Part shown: piece by piece, positions 20,287 through 32,013 of the stretch
How the letters are laid out: each line of letters begins with the position of its first letter
How positions within the stretch are numbered: position 1 is the stretch's first letter
Source: an uncultured Desulfarculus sp.
Lineage (GTDB): Bacteria > Desulfobacterota > Desulfarculia > Desulfarculales > Desulfarculaceae
Assembly (NCBI GenBank): GCA_963665125.2
Contig: CAXXUK010000002.1
Coordinates: forward strand, 32,001 to 96,000
Reading direction: 5' to 3'
DNA length: 64,000 nt
Position numbers and translations under genes: made by a program
Notes under the pieces: generated by a model
What the model was told of the DNA's origin: nothing
The model's input: the letters and a program-made list of their open reading frames with translations, nothing else
The model's database searches: none

Positions 20287-21128
20287 CGGCTCTGCCCCGT
20301 GAAGTGAATCAATTCGCTGAACGAATGGTAATCGTTGAAAAGCAGGCCGGCCCCAAGGAAGGTGAACAGCACCAGCACAAAGGCCGCCACGGACAAAACC
20401 GCGCCACGTCTGCCCCGCCAACCCTGCACGAAGCGGGTGTGGACCAGGGCCGCGTAGGCCACCCAGGTGACCAGGGCGAAGACTTCCTTGGGCGTGCCCC
20501 GCAGGAACGATCCCATGACCTGGTGGGCATACACCGCTCCGGCGATAAGACCGATGGTGATCAGGCTGAAACCGGAGGCCATGGTCCATTGGCCGAATGA
20601 ATCCAGGCGGCCCAGTGAGGGCAGGCGTTGGAACAGGCCTCCCAACTGTTTGGCGCGAATGGACCGTTCCTGGGCCAGGTACAACAGCCCCGCCAGGCAG
20701 GTGAGGGCCAGCAGGCCGTAGCCGCCCATCAAGCCAACGACGTGGATGGGCACCCATATACTTTTCAGAGCCGGGCCGGGCATTGCGGCCGGGCCGGGCA
20801 TCCAGGTGGCGCCCAGCAGAAGCAGGGTGCAGATGGGGCCGACCATGGCGCCCATGATCCGCACCTCCAGCTTGATATTTACAAGCAGGGCGGCGGCCAT
20901 GACGGCCCAGGACAGCACGTCCAGGCTCTGGCGCAGGCTCAGGGCAGGAAAAGCGCCCAACTCAAGCCAGGCAATAAGCAACGCGCCGGTGTGGACGCCC
21001 AATCCAAGCCATAGCAGGGCCGAACCCATGCGGGCCAGGCCCATTCTCTGCCACAGCACATAAGCCAGATAGCACACCGTGCCGCTGAGGTAGGCCCCAA
21101 AGGTGGCCCAGTGCAGGGCATTGGTCAT
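20283..21128 (-). CDS. ccsA: cytochrome c biogenesis protein CcsA / HemX-like
   Basis: Multi-TM protein; RLPSLGRLD, PKEVFALVTW, GWRGRR; lies between sirC and hemA. Confidence 0.88.
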   Translation of the reverse strand: MTNALHWATFGAYLSGTVCYLAYVLWQRMGLARMGSALLWLGLGVHTGALLIAWLELGAFPALSLRQSLDVLSWAVMAAALLVNIKLEVRIMGAMVGPICTLLLLGATWMPGPAAMPGPALKSIWVPIHVVGLMGGYGLLALTCLAGLLYLAQERSIRAKQLGGLFQRLPSLGRLDSFGQWTMASGFSLITIGLIAGAVYAHQVMGSFLRGTPKEVFALVTWVAYAALVHTRFVQGWRGRRGAVLSVAAFVLVLFTFLGAGLLFNDYHSFSELIHFTGQSR

Positions 21129-21820
21129 TTGGTTTCCTCCGCACGCATCCACAGGTCCTCCGGGTCCAGGCCCAAGGAGGAAAGATTGGCCTCCGGGCCG
21201 AGCACCGAAGCCAACAGGGCGTTGACGCCTTTTTGATCGCCTTCGTCGACCAGCCGAAGCAAGTCGGAGTCGATCAGACGGTAGAAAAGCTCACGGTTTT
21301 GCGGGTCGGGTCCGCTTTTAGTCAATACAACATCACGGGCAGCCTTGAGAATCCGAAGGTAGGGCGCCCATTCGGGGCCGAAATCCTGCTCCAGCTGCTG
21401 GCGGATGCGACGGCTAAGGGCCGGGCTGGCCCCGCCGGTGCCCACGGCCAGAAGCAGATCACCTCTGCGGATGTGGGCCGGGACGTTGAAATCGCCAATT
21501 TCCGGATTCATGATCACGTTTACCCAGGCCCCGTGCTTGCGGGCTTGGGCAGCGGCCTGCCGGTTCACCTCGTCATTGCCGGTAGCGCAGAAAACCAGCC
21601 GGGCCTTGCCGATGTCGTCCGGCTCAAAAGGCCTCTGAATATATTCCACGGCTGATTTTTGGGCAAGTTCCAGGGCCTCCGGGCACAATTCCGGGGCCAC
21701 GAGACGCACCTTCGCCCCGGCCTCCAGCAGCGAGGCGACTTTGCGGGCGGCAACCGCGCCTCCGCCGATGACCAACACGAGCTGCCCGGTGATGTCCAAC
21801 AATACGGGATAAAAACCCAA
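21125..21820 (-). CDS. precorrin-2 dehydrogenase / sirohydrochlorin ferrochelatase (SirC/CysG N-terminal type)
   Basis: YPVLLDI, VIGGGAVAARK, TGGASPAL; TTG start behind GGGAGG. Confidence 0.92.
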   Translation of the reverse strand: MGFYPVLLDITGQLVLVIGGGAVAARKVASLLEAGAKVRLVAPELCPEALELAQKSAVEYIQRPFEPDDIGKARLVFCATGNDEVNRQAAAQARKHGAWVNVIMNPEIGDFNVPAHIRRGDLLLAVGTGGASPALSRRIRQQLEQDFGPEWAPYLRILKAARDVVLTKSGPDPQNRELFYRLIDSDLLRLVDEGDQKGVNALLASVLGPEANLSSLGLDPEDLWMRAEETK

Positions 21821-21917
21821 AACGACCTCCCACGCCATAATAGGCGCAGGCCCAAGCATATCACCGGAAAGCTGGATTATAAAGAGCGGGGGCGGATTTG
21901 GGGTCGGCGAGGCGGGG

Positions 21918-22163
21918 CTAATAAACGTAGCGGTCCAGGAAAAAGCCTCTGGGCGTGGCCATGCCCCGGGCGCGTCCCTTGCGGGGGCTGTAGCCGGAGC
22001 GCAGCTCGGGTTCCTGGGAGGGCATGTCTTCGCCCAGGGGGCCCAGGGACTCGGAGTTTCGGGCCGTGGGCCGGTCGTCCCAGACCTGCTCCAGGGACAT
22101 CCGCCCGTCGCCGGGCACCAGGAAATAGACCTTGCGGCCCGTATGCCTGTTGTCTACGGTCAT
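21918..22163 (-). CDS. hypothetical 81-aa protein
   Basis: Starts 2 nt after the DnaJ-domain gene stop with a GGGAGG RBS. Confidence 0.65.
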   Translation of the reverse strand: MTVDNRHTGRKVYFLVPGDGRMSLEQVWDDRPTARNSESLGPLGEDMPSQEPELRSGYSPRKGRARGMATPRGFFLDRYVY

Positions 22164-22165
22164 GA

Positions 22166-22924
22166 TCAGGCCTCCCCGCCCGGTGAAATGGCCATAAGCT
22201 CAACAACGGCCCGTTGTCCGCCGGCCAGGCTGACGGGCAACCGTTCACCGGGCACCCAGTGATGCGGCAGGTCGACATGGACCATGGAGGAGCTGGTGAA
22301 GCTACCCCGGCCGCCGCAGGAGGGGCAGCGGGTGGCGTGACCACCGCCGGTGTAGCGGCCCGTGCCGGAGCAAAGGGGGCAGCGGCGGCTGTTGCGCACG
22401 GGAAGGTCCATGCTCCGGGGCCTGCCCTGGACCAGCACCCGGTAGACCAGGCCGTTTTCATCCTTGCCCAGTTCCATCAGCCGCCACTGGTCCTTGGGCC
22501 TGGGGACCTCTTGGGTTGGCCTGGCCTGAGGCGGAGTGGAGCGTCGCAGGGTAATGAACGGCTTGACAGGAGACGGTTGCGGTTGGGCCTTGGCCTCGGA
22601 GCATGTTTCGTATTCCGGTTCCCGGGCGGGCTGCTTGTTATCCGCCGGGCGCTGGCGGTTGATGAAATCGGCGCCAATGAATTCTTCGAGATCAAAAGGA
22701 CGGTAGTTGATTTCCGCGGCCCTCTGCTGGCTGGCCAGATGCTCCATGACCTTCTTGTAGGCGCGATTGACCCGGCCCATCATCACACCCAGGGAACCGG
22801 GGTGAAGATCCGGATGCAGGGCCTTGGCAAGGCGATGATACGCCTCCTTGGCCTGGGACTCGGATGCCCCTGGTCTCAGGTCCAATTCGGAGTAGGAGTC
22901 TATTATTTCTTGCGCCAGTGCCAT
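22166..22924 (-). CDS. DnaJ-domain protein with a two-repeat CxxCxGxG zinc finger
   Basis: J domain with HPD (LHPDL); CPLCSGTG and CPSCGGRG. Confidence 0.85.
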   Translation of the reverse strand: MALAQEIIDSYSELDLRPGASESQAKEAYHRLAKALHPDLHPGSLGVMMGRVNRAYKKVMEHLASQQRAAEINYRPFDLEEFIGADFINRQRPADNKQPAREPEYETCSEAKAQPQPSPVKPFITLRRSTPPQARPTQEVPRPKDQWRLMELGKDENGLVYRVLVQGRPRSMDLPVRNSRRCPLCSGTGRYTGGGHATRCPSCGGRGSFTSSSMVHVDLPHHWVPGERLPVSLAGGQRAVVELMAISPGGEA

Positions 22925-22959
22925 TGCAACGTCCCCTTTAGGTTTGCACTTAAGGGTTT

Positions 22960-22976
22960 AGCAAAGCGGGTGCCAA
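22960..22976 (-). promoter_or_regulatory. sigma54 (-24/-12) promoter
   Basis: TTGGCAC-CCGCT-TTGCT on the minus strand, about 35 nt upstream of the DnaJ-domain gene. Confidence 0.85.
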
Positions 22977-23162
22977 GATGGACCTGATGGATAACCATCT
23001 GTAATTCAAACAGATATTGGCGCGGCTGGATGCGGTGGCCCCTGCGAAGTGCGCAGGGGATTGCGCGAATGAACATAGCCGCGACCGGTCTCCGGGACCC
23101 GCTCGCGGCCATCCTTGGCCATGGCATGTGGCGATATTAAATAATTTCAGCACCTTGCCATA

Positions 23163-23205
23163 GGTGTGTAATCGCCTTCACACCCGGTGCGTCTCCTTTC
23201 ACACC
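23163..23205. promoter_or_regulatory. tandem imperfect palindromes, candidate enhancer-binding-protein sites
   Basis: TGTGTAATCGCCTTCACACC and GGTGCGTCTCCTTTCACACC, offset by 21 bp, about 190-230 bp upstream of the sigma54 promoter. Confidence 0.55.
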
Positions 23206-23298
23206 GGACCAGAAGCCCGGACCAGCGGTCCGCACGGCTCCCGGTGCAGGGGCTACGCTAAAAAAGCGGCCCATGCGTGCAGGCAGCGAAAAAGAAAC

Positions 23299-24690
23299 TT
23301 AGAGCCCGAGTTCCTGAATCTTGGTGATCAGGGCCCGGCGGGATATGCCCAAACGTTCCGCCGTGTGGGTGCGGTTGCCCTCGGTTTCCCTCAATACTCT
23401 GCCTATGATCTGCTTTTCGGTTTCCAAGGCGACGAGCTTTAGCACTTTTTTAAGATCATCTTCATCAGGCGGTACGCTGACCCTGATTCCTCCAACGGAG
23501 GCATGCCCCAGGGGCAGGTCGGAGACGTCGAGCACAATGCCGTCGGCCATGACCATGGCCTGTTCCAGCAGGTTTTCCAGCTCCCGGACATTGCCCCGCA
23601 AAGGCGCGGCGGCCAGGGCTTCGATGGCGGCCGGGCTGAGCTGGCGGCCGGGCAGGTTGTGGCGCTTGGCGGCCTTGGCCATGAAGTGCCGGGCCAGGGG
23701 CGCTATGTCTTCCGCCCGCTCCCGCAGGGGCGGCAGATGAACGGGGATGACGCTGAGGCGGTAGAATAGGTCCTCGCGGAAACGGCCCTCCTGGGCTTCG
23801 GCGTCCAAGTCCTTGTTGGTGGCGGCGATGATGCGGATGTCCACCTTGCGGGTGGCCGTGTCGCCCACCCGTTTGATCTCGCCCTCCTGCAGGGCACGCA
23901 GGAGCTTGGCCTGGACCTCCAGGGGCAGCTCGCCCACCTCGTCCAGAAACAGGGTGGAGCCGTCGGCCTCTTCGAACAGGCCCCGGCGGGAGCGGTCGGC
24001 CCCGGTGTAGGCGCCCTTGACCGCGCCGAACAACTCGCTTTCGATGAGCGTGGCCGGAATTGCCGCGCAGTTGACGGCCACGAAGGGCCGTTTTCCCCTC
24101 GGAGAGTTGTAATGGATGGCCCTGGCCACCAGTTCCTTGCCCGTGCCGCTTTCGCCGCTGATGAGCACCGTGGCGTTGGTGGCCGAGACCTTTTTCATCA
24201 TCTCGAATACCCGCTGCATGGCCGGGCTGTTGCCGATTATATTGCCGAAATCGTAGCGCCGGGCCACCTCGGTGCGCAGCATGCGGTTGTCGGCCAGCAT
24301 GCGGCGGCGCTCCATGGCCTTGTCCAGGACCAGCAGGATTTCCTCTTCCTTGAATGGCTTGCCGATGTAGTCGAAGGCCCCCTGTTTCATGGCCGTCAGA
24401 GCGGTTTCCACGCTGGCGTAGGCCGTGATCATGATCACCGTCTGGTCGGGCTCGGTTTCCTTGAGCCGCTGCAAGACGGTCAGACCGTCCAGGTCGGGCA
24501 TCTTCAGGTCCAGGATGACCACGTCGTAGATGTCGGCCGCGAATTTTTCCAGGGCCTCGCCGCCGCCCTGGGCCGTATCCACGTGGAAGCCCTGACGGGT
24601 GAGCATCACCTCCAGGACCCGCCGGACGTGCTGCTCGTCATCGACAACCAGCACCCGGCCCCTGGTGGGGGCCTTTTCAGATTCGGACAT
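23299..24690 (-). CDS. sigma54-dependent response regulator (REC-AAA-HTH, NtrC/AtoC family)
   Basis: REC domain, GESGTGKE, GAYTGA, C-terminal Fis-type HTH. Confidence 0.95.
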   Translation of the reverse strand: MSESEKAPTRGRVLVVDDEQHVRRVLEVMLTRQGFHVDTAQGGGEALEKFAADIYDVVILDLKMPDLDGLTVLQRLKETEPDQTVIMITAYASVETALTAMKQGAFDYIGKPFKEEEILLVLDKAMERRRMLADNRMLRTEVARRYDFGNIIGNSPAMQRVFEMMKKVSATNATVLISGESGTGKELVARAIHYNSPRGKRPFVAVNCAAIPATLIESELFGAVKGAYTGADRSRRGLFEEADGSTLFLDEVGELPLEVQAKLLRALQEGEIKRVGDTATRKVDIRIIAATNKDLDAEAQEGRFREDLFYRLSVIPVHLPPLRERAEDIAPLARHFMAKAAKRHNLPGRQLSPAAIEALAAAPLRGNVRELENLLEQAMVMADGIVLDVSDLPLGHASVGGIRVSVPPDEDDLKKVLKLVALETEKQIIGRVLRETEGNRTHTAERLGISRRALITKIQELGL

Positions 24691-25582
24691 ATTGCGATCC
24701 CTCCCGGCGCAGTTGGCCTTGGGCCGTCATTTGCTCCAGGTGCTTTTTGATCATGGCCCCTTCGGCCCAGACGTAATAGTCCAGGGGTTCACGGGCCTTG
24801 CCGTAGACGATCCAGGCCCGCACCAGCTGGTCCAGGCTCCGGGGCCCTTCCTCGAACAGGTCCAGGATTCGCTGGTGACGCCGGTCGATGACGGCCAAAA
24901 AATCATCCCATAATGGGCCGGGCTCTTGGGCGATGGCCCCATACTCATGACCCGGAATCCAGACCTTGGCAGGGACGCGGCGCAGCATTTCCACCGAATC
25001 ACGGCACTGGTCCATGTCGGAATGCACGTCGGCGTACCACGGCCCGAACGGCGTGAGGTCGTAGTCGGCCAGGTGCAGCAAGCCCTGGGCCGGGAACCAG
25101 AAGCTCAGGTGCCCCGGAGTGTGCCCCGGGGTGTGTAGGGCGTGGACCTCCACGCCGTGGGCGTCGATGATCTCGCCGGGCTCGATGAGCCGGTCAGGCG
25201 TGCGCGGCTTGTAATGAAAAAAATCGATCAGGACCTGGCGCCAGAAATCCCTGAGCGGCCCGCGCATGTCGTACCAGTCCAGGAAAATCTCCATGTCCGT
25301 CAGCGGCGGGGCGTCGAGGCCGCAGATCCACAACTCGGCGTCTTCAAACAGATCCAGGTCGATGAAATGATCTTCGTGCCAGTGGCTCAGCCAGACCTGA
25401 CGCACGCCTTCTTGGTCGCGCAGTCGTCGGAATCGCTCCCGGTCGCCTGCCGGATCGATGAGCACCCCCGCGCCCTCAATGTATGTGGAATGGCAATAGG
25501 GCACCCGGCCCTTTTTGGGGCCCGGAATGAAGCGCACAGGACCAAAGGAATGTTCCCCGGTGATGACGGCGGCGTCGCTCAC
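24677..25582 (-). CDS. MBL-fold metallo-hydrolase
   Basis: HWHEDH and HTPGHTPGH. Confidence 0.9.
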   Translation of the reverse strand: MSDAAVITGEHSFGPVRFIPGPKKGRVPYCHSTYIEGAGVLIDPAGDRERFRRLRDQEGVRQVWLSHWHEDHFIDLDLFEDAELWICGLDAPPLTDMEIFLDWYDMRGPLRDFWRQVLIDFFHYKPRTPDRLIEPGEIIDAHGVEVHALHTPGHTPGHLSFWFPAQGLLHLADYDLTPFGPWYADVHSDMDQCRDSVEMLRRVPAKVWIPGHEYGAIAQEPGPLWDDFLAVIDRRHQRILDLFEEGPRSLDQLVRAWIVYGKAREPLDYYVWAEGAMIKKHLEQMTAQGQLRREGSQYVRI

Positions 25583-26886
25583 TGGTCATCGTCCTTGACC
25601 GGGCCCGCGGCTGAGCGTTCCAGATCCAAAATTTGCGAACCGCCCACATAGGCCTTGGTGTGAAAGCTGGTGATGCGGTTTAATCGCTGGGTCACCGCGG
25701 TCATCTCGTTGGCGGCCTTCATTATTCTGTCCAGGCGCTGAAACAGCGGGTGTTCTTCATCCAGGGACATCATGGTCAACTCAGCCTGCATCAGCACGTT
25801 TTGTAGTGGTTGGTTCAGCTCATGGCAGGCCGCCCCGGCGGTCTGGATGGCGGCGTCGATGCGCTCCTGGGCCAGTACTTTCTCCTGGGCCAGGATCTGC
25901 TCGCTGACGTCGCTTAAAAAATTCAGGGCCGCTGTCTGATTTTCCCACTCGATCATTACTCCACTGACCTCGACCCAGACAACAGCGCCACCTTTGGTAA
26001 GGGCCCGGAATCGGCTCCTGGCGGGAACGGGTTTGCCGGCCATGCGGTTCAGGTGGGTTTCAATGACATATCGCCGGTCTTCGGCGTGGATCATGTTGGT
26101 AAAGGGCTGGGATGTCATTTCCTCCATGGTATAGCCGAGTTTGTCGACCATCCAGGGATTGACGTAGCGCAGATAGCCGTCTTGGGCGACCATTATGCCT
26201 TCGGATGCGTTTTCGACCACCTGCCTGTATTTTTCGCCCAGTTCCTCGGAATGGACCAGGCTGATAAAGGCCCGCCTGCGCAGGGCGTTTTGCCGGGATA
26301 TGGCCACTGTGCATAGCCCGATTATCAAAACCATCAGCAGGGAAATGATGGTTACGTTGTGGGCTGTGGCTCCACTATTGGAAAGGCCGAAGCAGATCAC
26401 GAACGAGGCGGCAATGGTAATGGTGCCGACAATCAAGTGGACTATCTTGACCGGCGGCACAACCAAAAAGACGACCACCATCACCACCGCGGTTATGGGC
26501 AAAGTGCCCATGGTGTGGAATTTGGTGATGGTTATGATGCACATTGCCGTGGCGAAGGCCAGAATAAACACCAACACAGCCGTGTTGATGGCTGGGTTAT
26601 ATTCTTTTTGATTAGTAATAACCACTGGATAGGCGGCGCTAGCAAGGGCTAGCAAGCGTCCGGCCAGGCAGGCCATGAAGGCCGTGCTCATGCCGAGGGC
26701 CATCAGATCGCCGACACCGGCCAGGAAAAATATCAAGGCGCCGAAAATCGCGCAAACCCGGATCAGCCTTCTGGCTTCGGGCCAGGCGTGTTCAAGGTAC
26801 CTTAGCTCCCATACCGGATCGCTAAACTCGCCAACTATGTTGATTTGCGGGTTCTCCAGGGCTGGCATCGAATACTGGCCGGTCAT
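25579..26886 (-). CDS. membrane PAS sensor with HisKA-like phosphoacceptor but no HATPase domain
   Basis: About 6 TM helices, PAS domain, H-box ACHELNQPL, then ends without N/G boxes. Confidence 0.8.
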   Translation of the reverse strand: MTGQYSMPALENPQINIVGEFSDPVWELRYLEHAWPEARRLIRVCAIFGALIFFLAGVGDLMALGMSTAFMACLAGRLLALASAAYPVVITNQKEYNPAINTAVLVFILAFATAMCIITITKFHTMGTLPITAVVMVVVFLVVPPVKIVHLIVGTITIAASFVICFGLSNSGATAHNVTIISLLMVLIIGLCTVAISRQNALRRRAFISLVHSEELGEKYRQVVENASEGIMVAQDGYLRYVNPWMVDKLGYTMEEMTSQPFTNMIHAEDRRYVIETHLNRMAGKPVPARSRFRALTKGGAVVWVEVSGVMIEWENQTAALNFLSDVSEQILAQEKVLAQERIDAAIQTAGAACHELNQPLQNVLMQAELTMMSLDEEHPLFQRLDRIMKAANEMTAVTQRLNRITSFHTKAYVGGSQILDLERSAAGPVKDDDQ

Positions 26887-26895
26887 CGGTCCTCC

Positions 26896-27792
26896 TTATG
26901 CCAGCCTGAAGTGGCCGTTTTGGGCTTTAACCAGCCCCTTGGCCATGAGCCGCTGGAGGTGTTTGTCCATTATGGCCAGTTCCCCCATGTCGAAAAATTC
27001 CTTGGGCTCCCTGGGCCGCCCGTACACAAAGCGGGCATCAACGATCTGTTGAAGCGTGGTCGGCCTGGCCAGCAGTTGGCGCAGGCCCTGGTCGCGCCGC
27101 TGGACCACGGCCAGAAAATCGTCCCATAATTGACCCGGTTGTTCGGTGAACAGACCGGTTTCGTGGCAGGCCATCCAGACCTTGGCCGGCACCTTGCTCA
27201 GCTTTTCAACGGATTCGATGGTCTGGTCGATATCCGACAGAACGTCGCCGTACCAGGGCCCAAAGGGCGTAAGGTCGTAGTCGCCCATGAACAGCACGCC
27301 CGGCTCCCGGAAAAAGAACGACAAATGGCCCGGTGTGTGGCCCGGCGTGTGAATGACCTCCACGGTCACCTCCGGCAGTTCGATGACTTGGCCGTCGTGG
27401 AGGTGGCCGGCGATTTTCCGGGGCTTGTAATGGAACTGTTCGAGCATGGTCTTGCGCCAATACTCGCGGATATCAGGTTTGCCGCCATAGGGATAACCTT
27501 CCAGAAACAGCTCCAGGTCGGTTATGGGTCCCTGATCCAATTCATGGATATGGATCGGCAGGTCCTCGAACAAGTCAAGATGAGCTATATGATCCTCGTG
27601 CCAATGGGTCAGCCAAATTTGGTTGACGCCTTCTTCATCGCGGAGGCGCTTTAGCCTTTGGCGGTCCGAGGCCGGGTCGATAAGAATCTTGGAGCCTTCA
27701 ATGTACAAGGAGTGGCAGTGGGGGTATTTACCCTTGTTGGGGCCCGGTAAAAACCGCACCGGCCCGAAACTGGTTTCGGTTGGTTGATTCAT
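26896..27792 (-). CDS. MBL-fold metallo-hydrolase (paralog of 24677-25582)
   Basis: HWHEDH, HTPGHTPGH, DYDLTPFGPWY shared with the paralog. Confidence 0.9.
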   Translation of the reverse strand: MNQPTETSFGPVRFLPGPNKGKYPHCHSLYIEGSKILIDPASDRQRLKRLRDEEGVNQIWLTHWHEDHIAHLDLFEDLPIHIHELDQGPITDLELFLEGYPYGGKPDIREYWRKTMLEQFHYKPRKIAGHLHDGQVIELPEVTVEVIHTPGHTPGHLSFFFREPGVLFMGDYDLTPFGPWYGDVLSDIDQTIESVEKLSKVPAKVWMACHETGLFTEQPGQLWDDFLAVVQRRDQGLRQLLARPTTLQQIVDARFVYGRPREPKEFFDMGELAIMDKHLQRLMAKGLVKAQNGHFRLA

Positions 27793-27884
27793 TGGCCTTG
27801 CATTCCCTGGATTAGCAATATTAGGCCGCCCATGACCAGCGTGGCCGCGAGCGTCCAGATCAGCAGTTTAAAGCGACTGTTCAT
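27789..27884 (-). CDS. 31-aa single-TM microprotein
   Basis: MNSRFKLLIWTLAATLVMGGLILLIQGMQGQ*; GGAAGG RBS; overlaps the kinase stop and has an ATGA overlap with the next gene. Confidence 0.65.
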   Translation of the reverse strand: MNSRFKLLIWTLAATLVMGGLILLIQGMQGQ

Positions 27885-29718
27885 TTTGGCCTTCCCACAC
27901 GGCCGGCGGCAGCATGATGGTGAAAGTCGCGCCTTTGCCCGGTTTGCTCTGAGCCTCTATTCTCCCTCCGGCTTCACTGACGATTCTATCACAAATGGAA
28001 AGACCCAGGCCGGTTCCCTGGCCCGGCGGCTTGGTGGTGAAAAACGGATCAAAGATCAGCTTGAGCTTGTCCGCGGGAATGCCCGGTCCGGTATCGGCGA
28101 AGTCGATGCGCACCCAGCCGTCGATATTTTGAGTGCCGATGCTCAGCTTTCCGCCGCCGCTCATGGCCTGGGAGGCGTTGATGACCATGTTGAGGATGAC
28201 CTGTTGCAGCTGGTCGCGGTCCATGTTCACCTTGGGCAGGTCCCTGGCCAGGTCGCGGTGGATGGCCAGGTTGTCCTTTTCCAGGCGCTTGGATGTGAAA
28301 AACATGTTCAGCACCGAATCGATGGCCTGATTGACGTCCACTGGTTGGCCCAGATATTGGCTGGGCCTTGAGTAATCCAGCAGGTCACGGATGATGCGAT
28401 TGATGCGGTCGGTTTGCTCGGCGATGGCCAGGGCGAATTCCCGCCGTTCTTCCGGCGAGGTGTCCTCGGAGTCCAGAAGCTGGGCATAGCCGCCGATGGC
28501 CGCCAGGGGGTTGCCGATTTCGTGGGCCACTCCGGCAGCCAATATGCCCACCGAGGCCAGTTTTTCGGCATGGAGGAGCTGGCGTTCAAGGGCTTTGCGC
28601 CGGGTGACGTCGCGCAGGATGGCCAGCAGCTCGCCGGTGTCGGGCAGCGGCGTAATGCTGACCAATACGCTGAAGGCCTGGCCGTCCGGGGCGCGCAGCT
28701 CCAATTCCTCGCTGACCGGGGTGCCCATGGCCATGATGGCCGCGGCCCGTGCCTTTTCCACAAACAACGGGGCCAGGGGGCGCTCGATAAGCTCCTGACG
28801 GTCCAGGCCGAAATCGGCCGCCGCCTGGTTGGCGTAGGTGATGGCCCCCGACGCATCGGAGATGATGATCAGATCCGATGCCGTGTCCAACACCTTTTGC
28901 AGATATTCCCTGGCCTGGTGGGCCTCCAGTTCGCTGGCCAGCAGGCGTTCGTTGATGTCGCCCAATTGCTCAATGAGTCTGAAGTTGGCCAGGGCGGCCG
29001 CGGCGTGATCGCACAGGATGGCCAAGGCCCTGGCGTGTTCTTCGCTGAATGATTCGGCCGTGTGGCTGATCAGGATCATGGCGCCCAGGATCTGCTGGCG
29101 GGCCACCAAGGGCAGGGCCATCAGCGAGCCGATGTCTTCGGGCATGCCTTTGGGCAGGTTGGCCGACCGCACCGCGGATTTTTCGATGAGCAGTATCCGT
29201 CCCTCGCTGACCGCTTCGCCGAGGATGCCGCTGCCCAGGGGGGAGCATTGGTCCTCGCCGGGTTCGAGCACCAGTTCGGGCTGTTCGCTGGCCCTGTCGT
29301 AGGCCGCAAGGGGCTCGAGCCTGGTCATTTCCGCGTCGGTAAGCATCAGGCAGACGAAATCGGCGGGAAGCTCACTGATGACCACCTCCACCAGGCCCAG
29401 GGACAAGGCCCGCAGGTCTTCAGCCTGGCGCAGCACGTCGGAAACCCAGCGGATCAGGGACAGCTCTTCGATCTTGGCGTCAAATTCCTGGTAGATGCGG
29501 CCCAGGGTCTCCTTGTAGGTGGCCAGCGCCGCCTGCTGGTCTCTGGCCAGGACCAGAAGCTCCTCCCGGCTGAGTTCGCCGAGATTGTCTTGGGGGTCCG
29601 CTTTGCTCAATCTTGAGGCGGCCTTTCGATGGTCTTGCGCCTGAGCTTCAACAAAAGGGGCAGCGCGGCCAGGGCTATGAGCAGCCCCAGGACCAAGGCG
29701 CCCGCCTTGATGAGCCAC
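27868..29718 (-). CDS. cytoplasmic GAF-PAS sensor histidine kinase
   Basis: GAF, PAS, H-box VAHEIGNPL, N-box, DTGPGI, FFTTKPPGQGTGLGL; start may be TTG at 29610. Confidence 0.93.
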   Translation of the reverse strand: MAHQGGRLGPGAAHSPGRAAPFVEAQAQDHRKAASRLSKADPQDNLGELSREELLVLARDQQAALATYKETLGRIYQEFDAKIEELSLIRWVSDVLRQAEDLRALSLGLVEVVISELPADFVCLMLTDAEMTRLEPLAAYDRASEQPELVLEPGEDQCSPLGSGILGEAVSEGRILLIEKSAVRSANLPKGMPEDIGSLMALPLVARQQILGAMILISHTAESFSEEHARALAILCDHAAAALANFRLIEQLGDINERLLASELEAHQAREYLQKVLDTASDLIIISDASGAITYANQAAADFGLDRQELIERPLAPLFVEKARAAAIMAMGTPVSEELELRAPDGQAFSVLVSITPLPDTGELLAILRDVTRRKALERQLLHAEKLASVGILAAGVAHEIGNPLAAIGGYAQLLDSEDTSPEERREFALAIAEQTDRINRIIRDLLDYSRPSQYLGQPVDVNQAIDSVLNMFFTSKRLEKDNLAIHRDLARDLPKVNMDRDQLQQVILNMVINASQAMSGGGKLSIGTQNIDGWVRIDFADTGPGIPADKLKLIFDPFFTTKPPGQGTGLGLSICDRIVSEAGGRIEAQSKPGKGATFTIMLPPAVWEGQNEQSL

Positions 29719-29870
29719 GGCGGCAAATTTGCAAGAATATCTTCCATGTCAGATTCCGCGTATGACAAAAACTTGTGTTATCATTCCCTAAGCATATGAA
29801 ATGCGTTGGCCGTGGGCAAGGAGGTTTGTCCGCCCGGCCCAAAAGGCGCCGCCAGGGAGCCGCTATATAG

Positions 29871-31829
<1,959 letters not shown>

Positions 31830-32013
31830 CCCGCCGCCACTGGACAAGCCAGCCCTCATTTGGTAAAGCTCTCGTAATTAAGCAGGCCGATATTCCGTCT
31901 TTTACCGTAGCGCGGGATGCTCTGCCTCATTGACATACAATATGGAGCGTGTTAGGCTCCTTAAAACGGCCTATGTTGTGGAAATGGCCGAAAAATGCCC
32001 AAGGAGACGGGCC

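Noticed and set aside
20287..20757. N-terminal extension of HemA in the ORF track (583 aa)
   Set aside because: It overlaps ccsA; HemA homology starts at the GTG at 20286.
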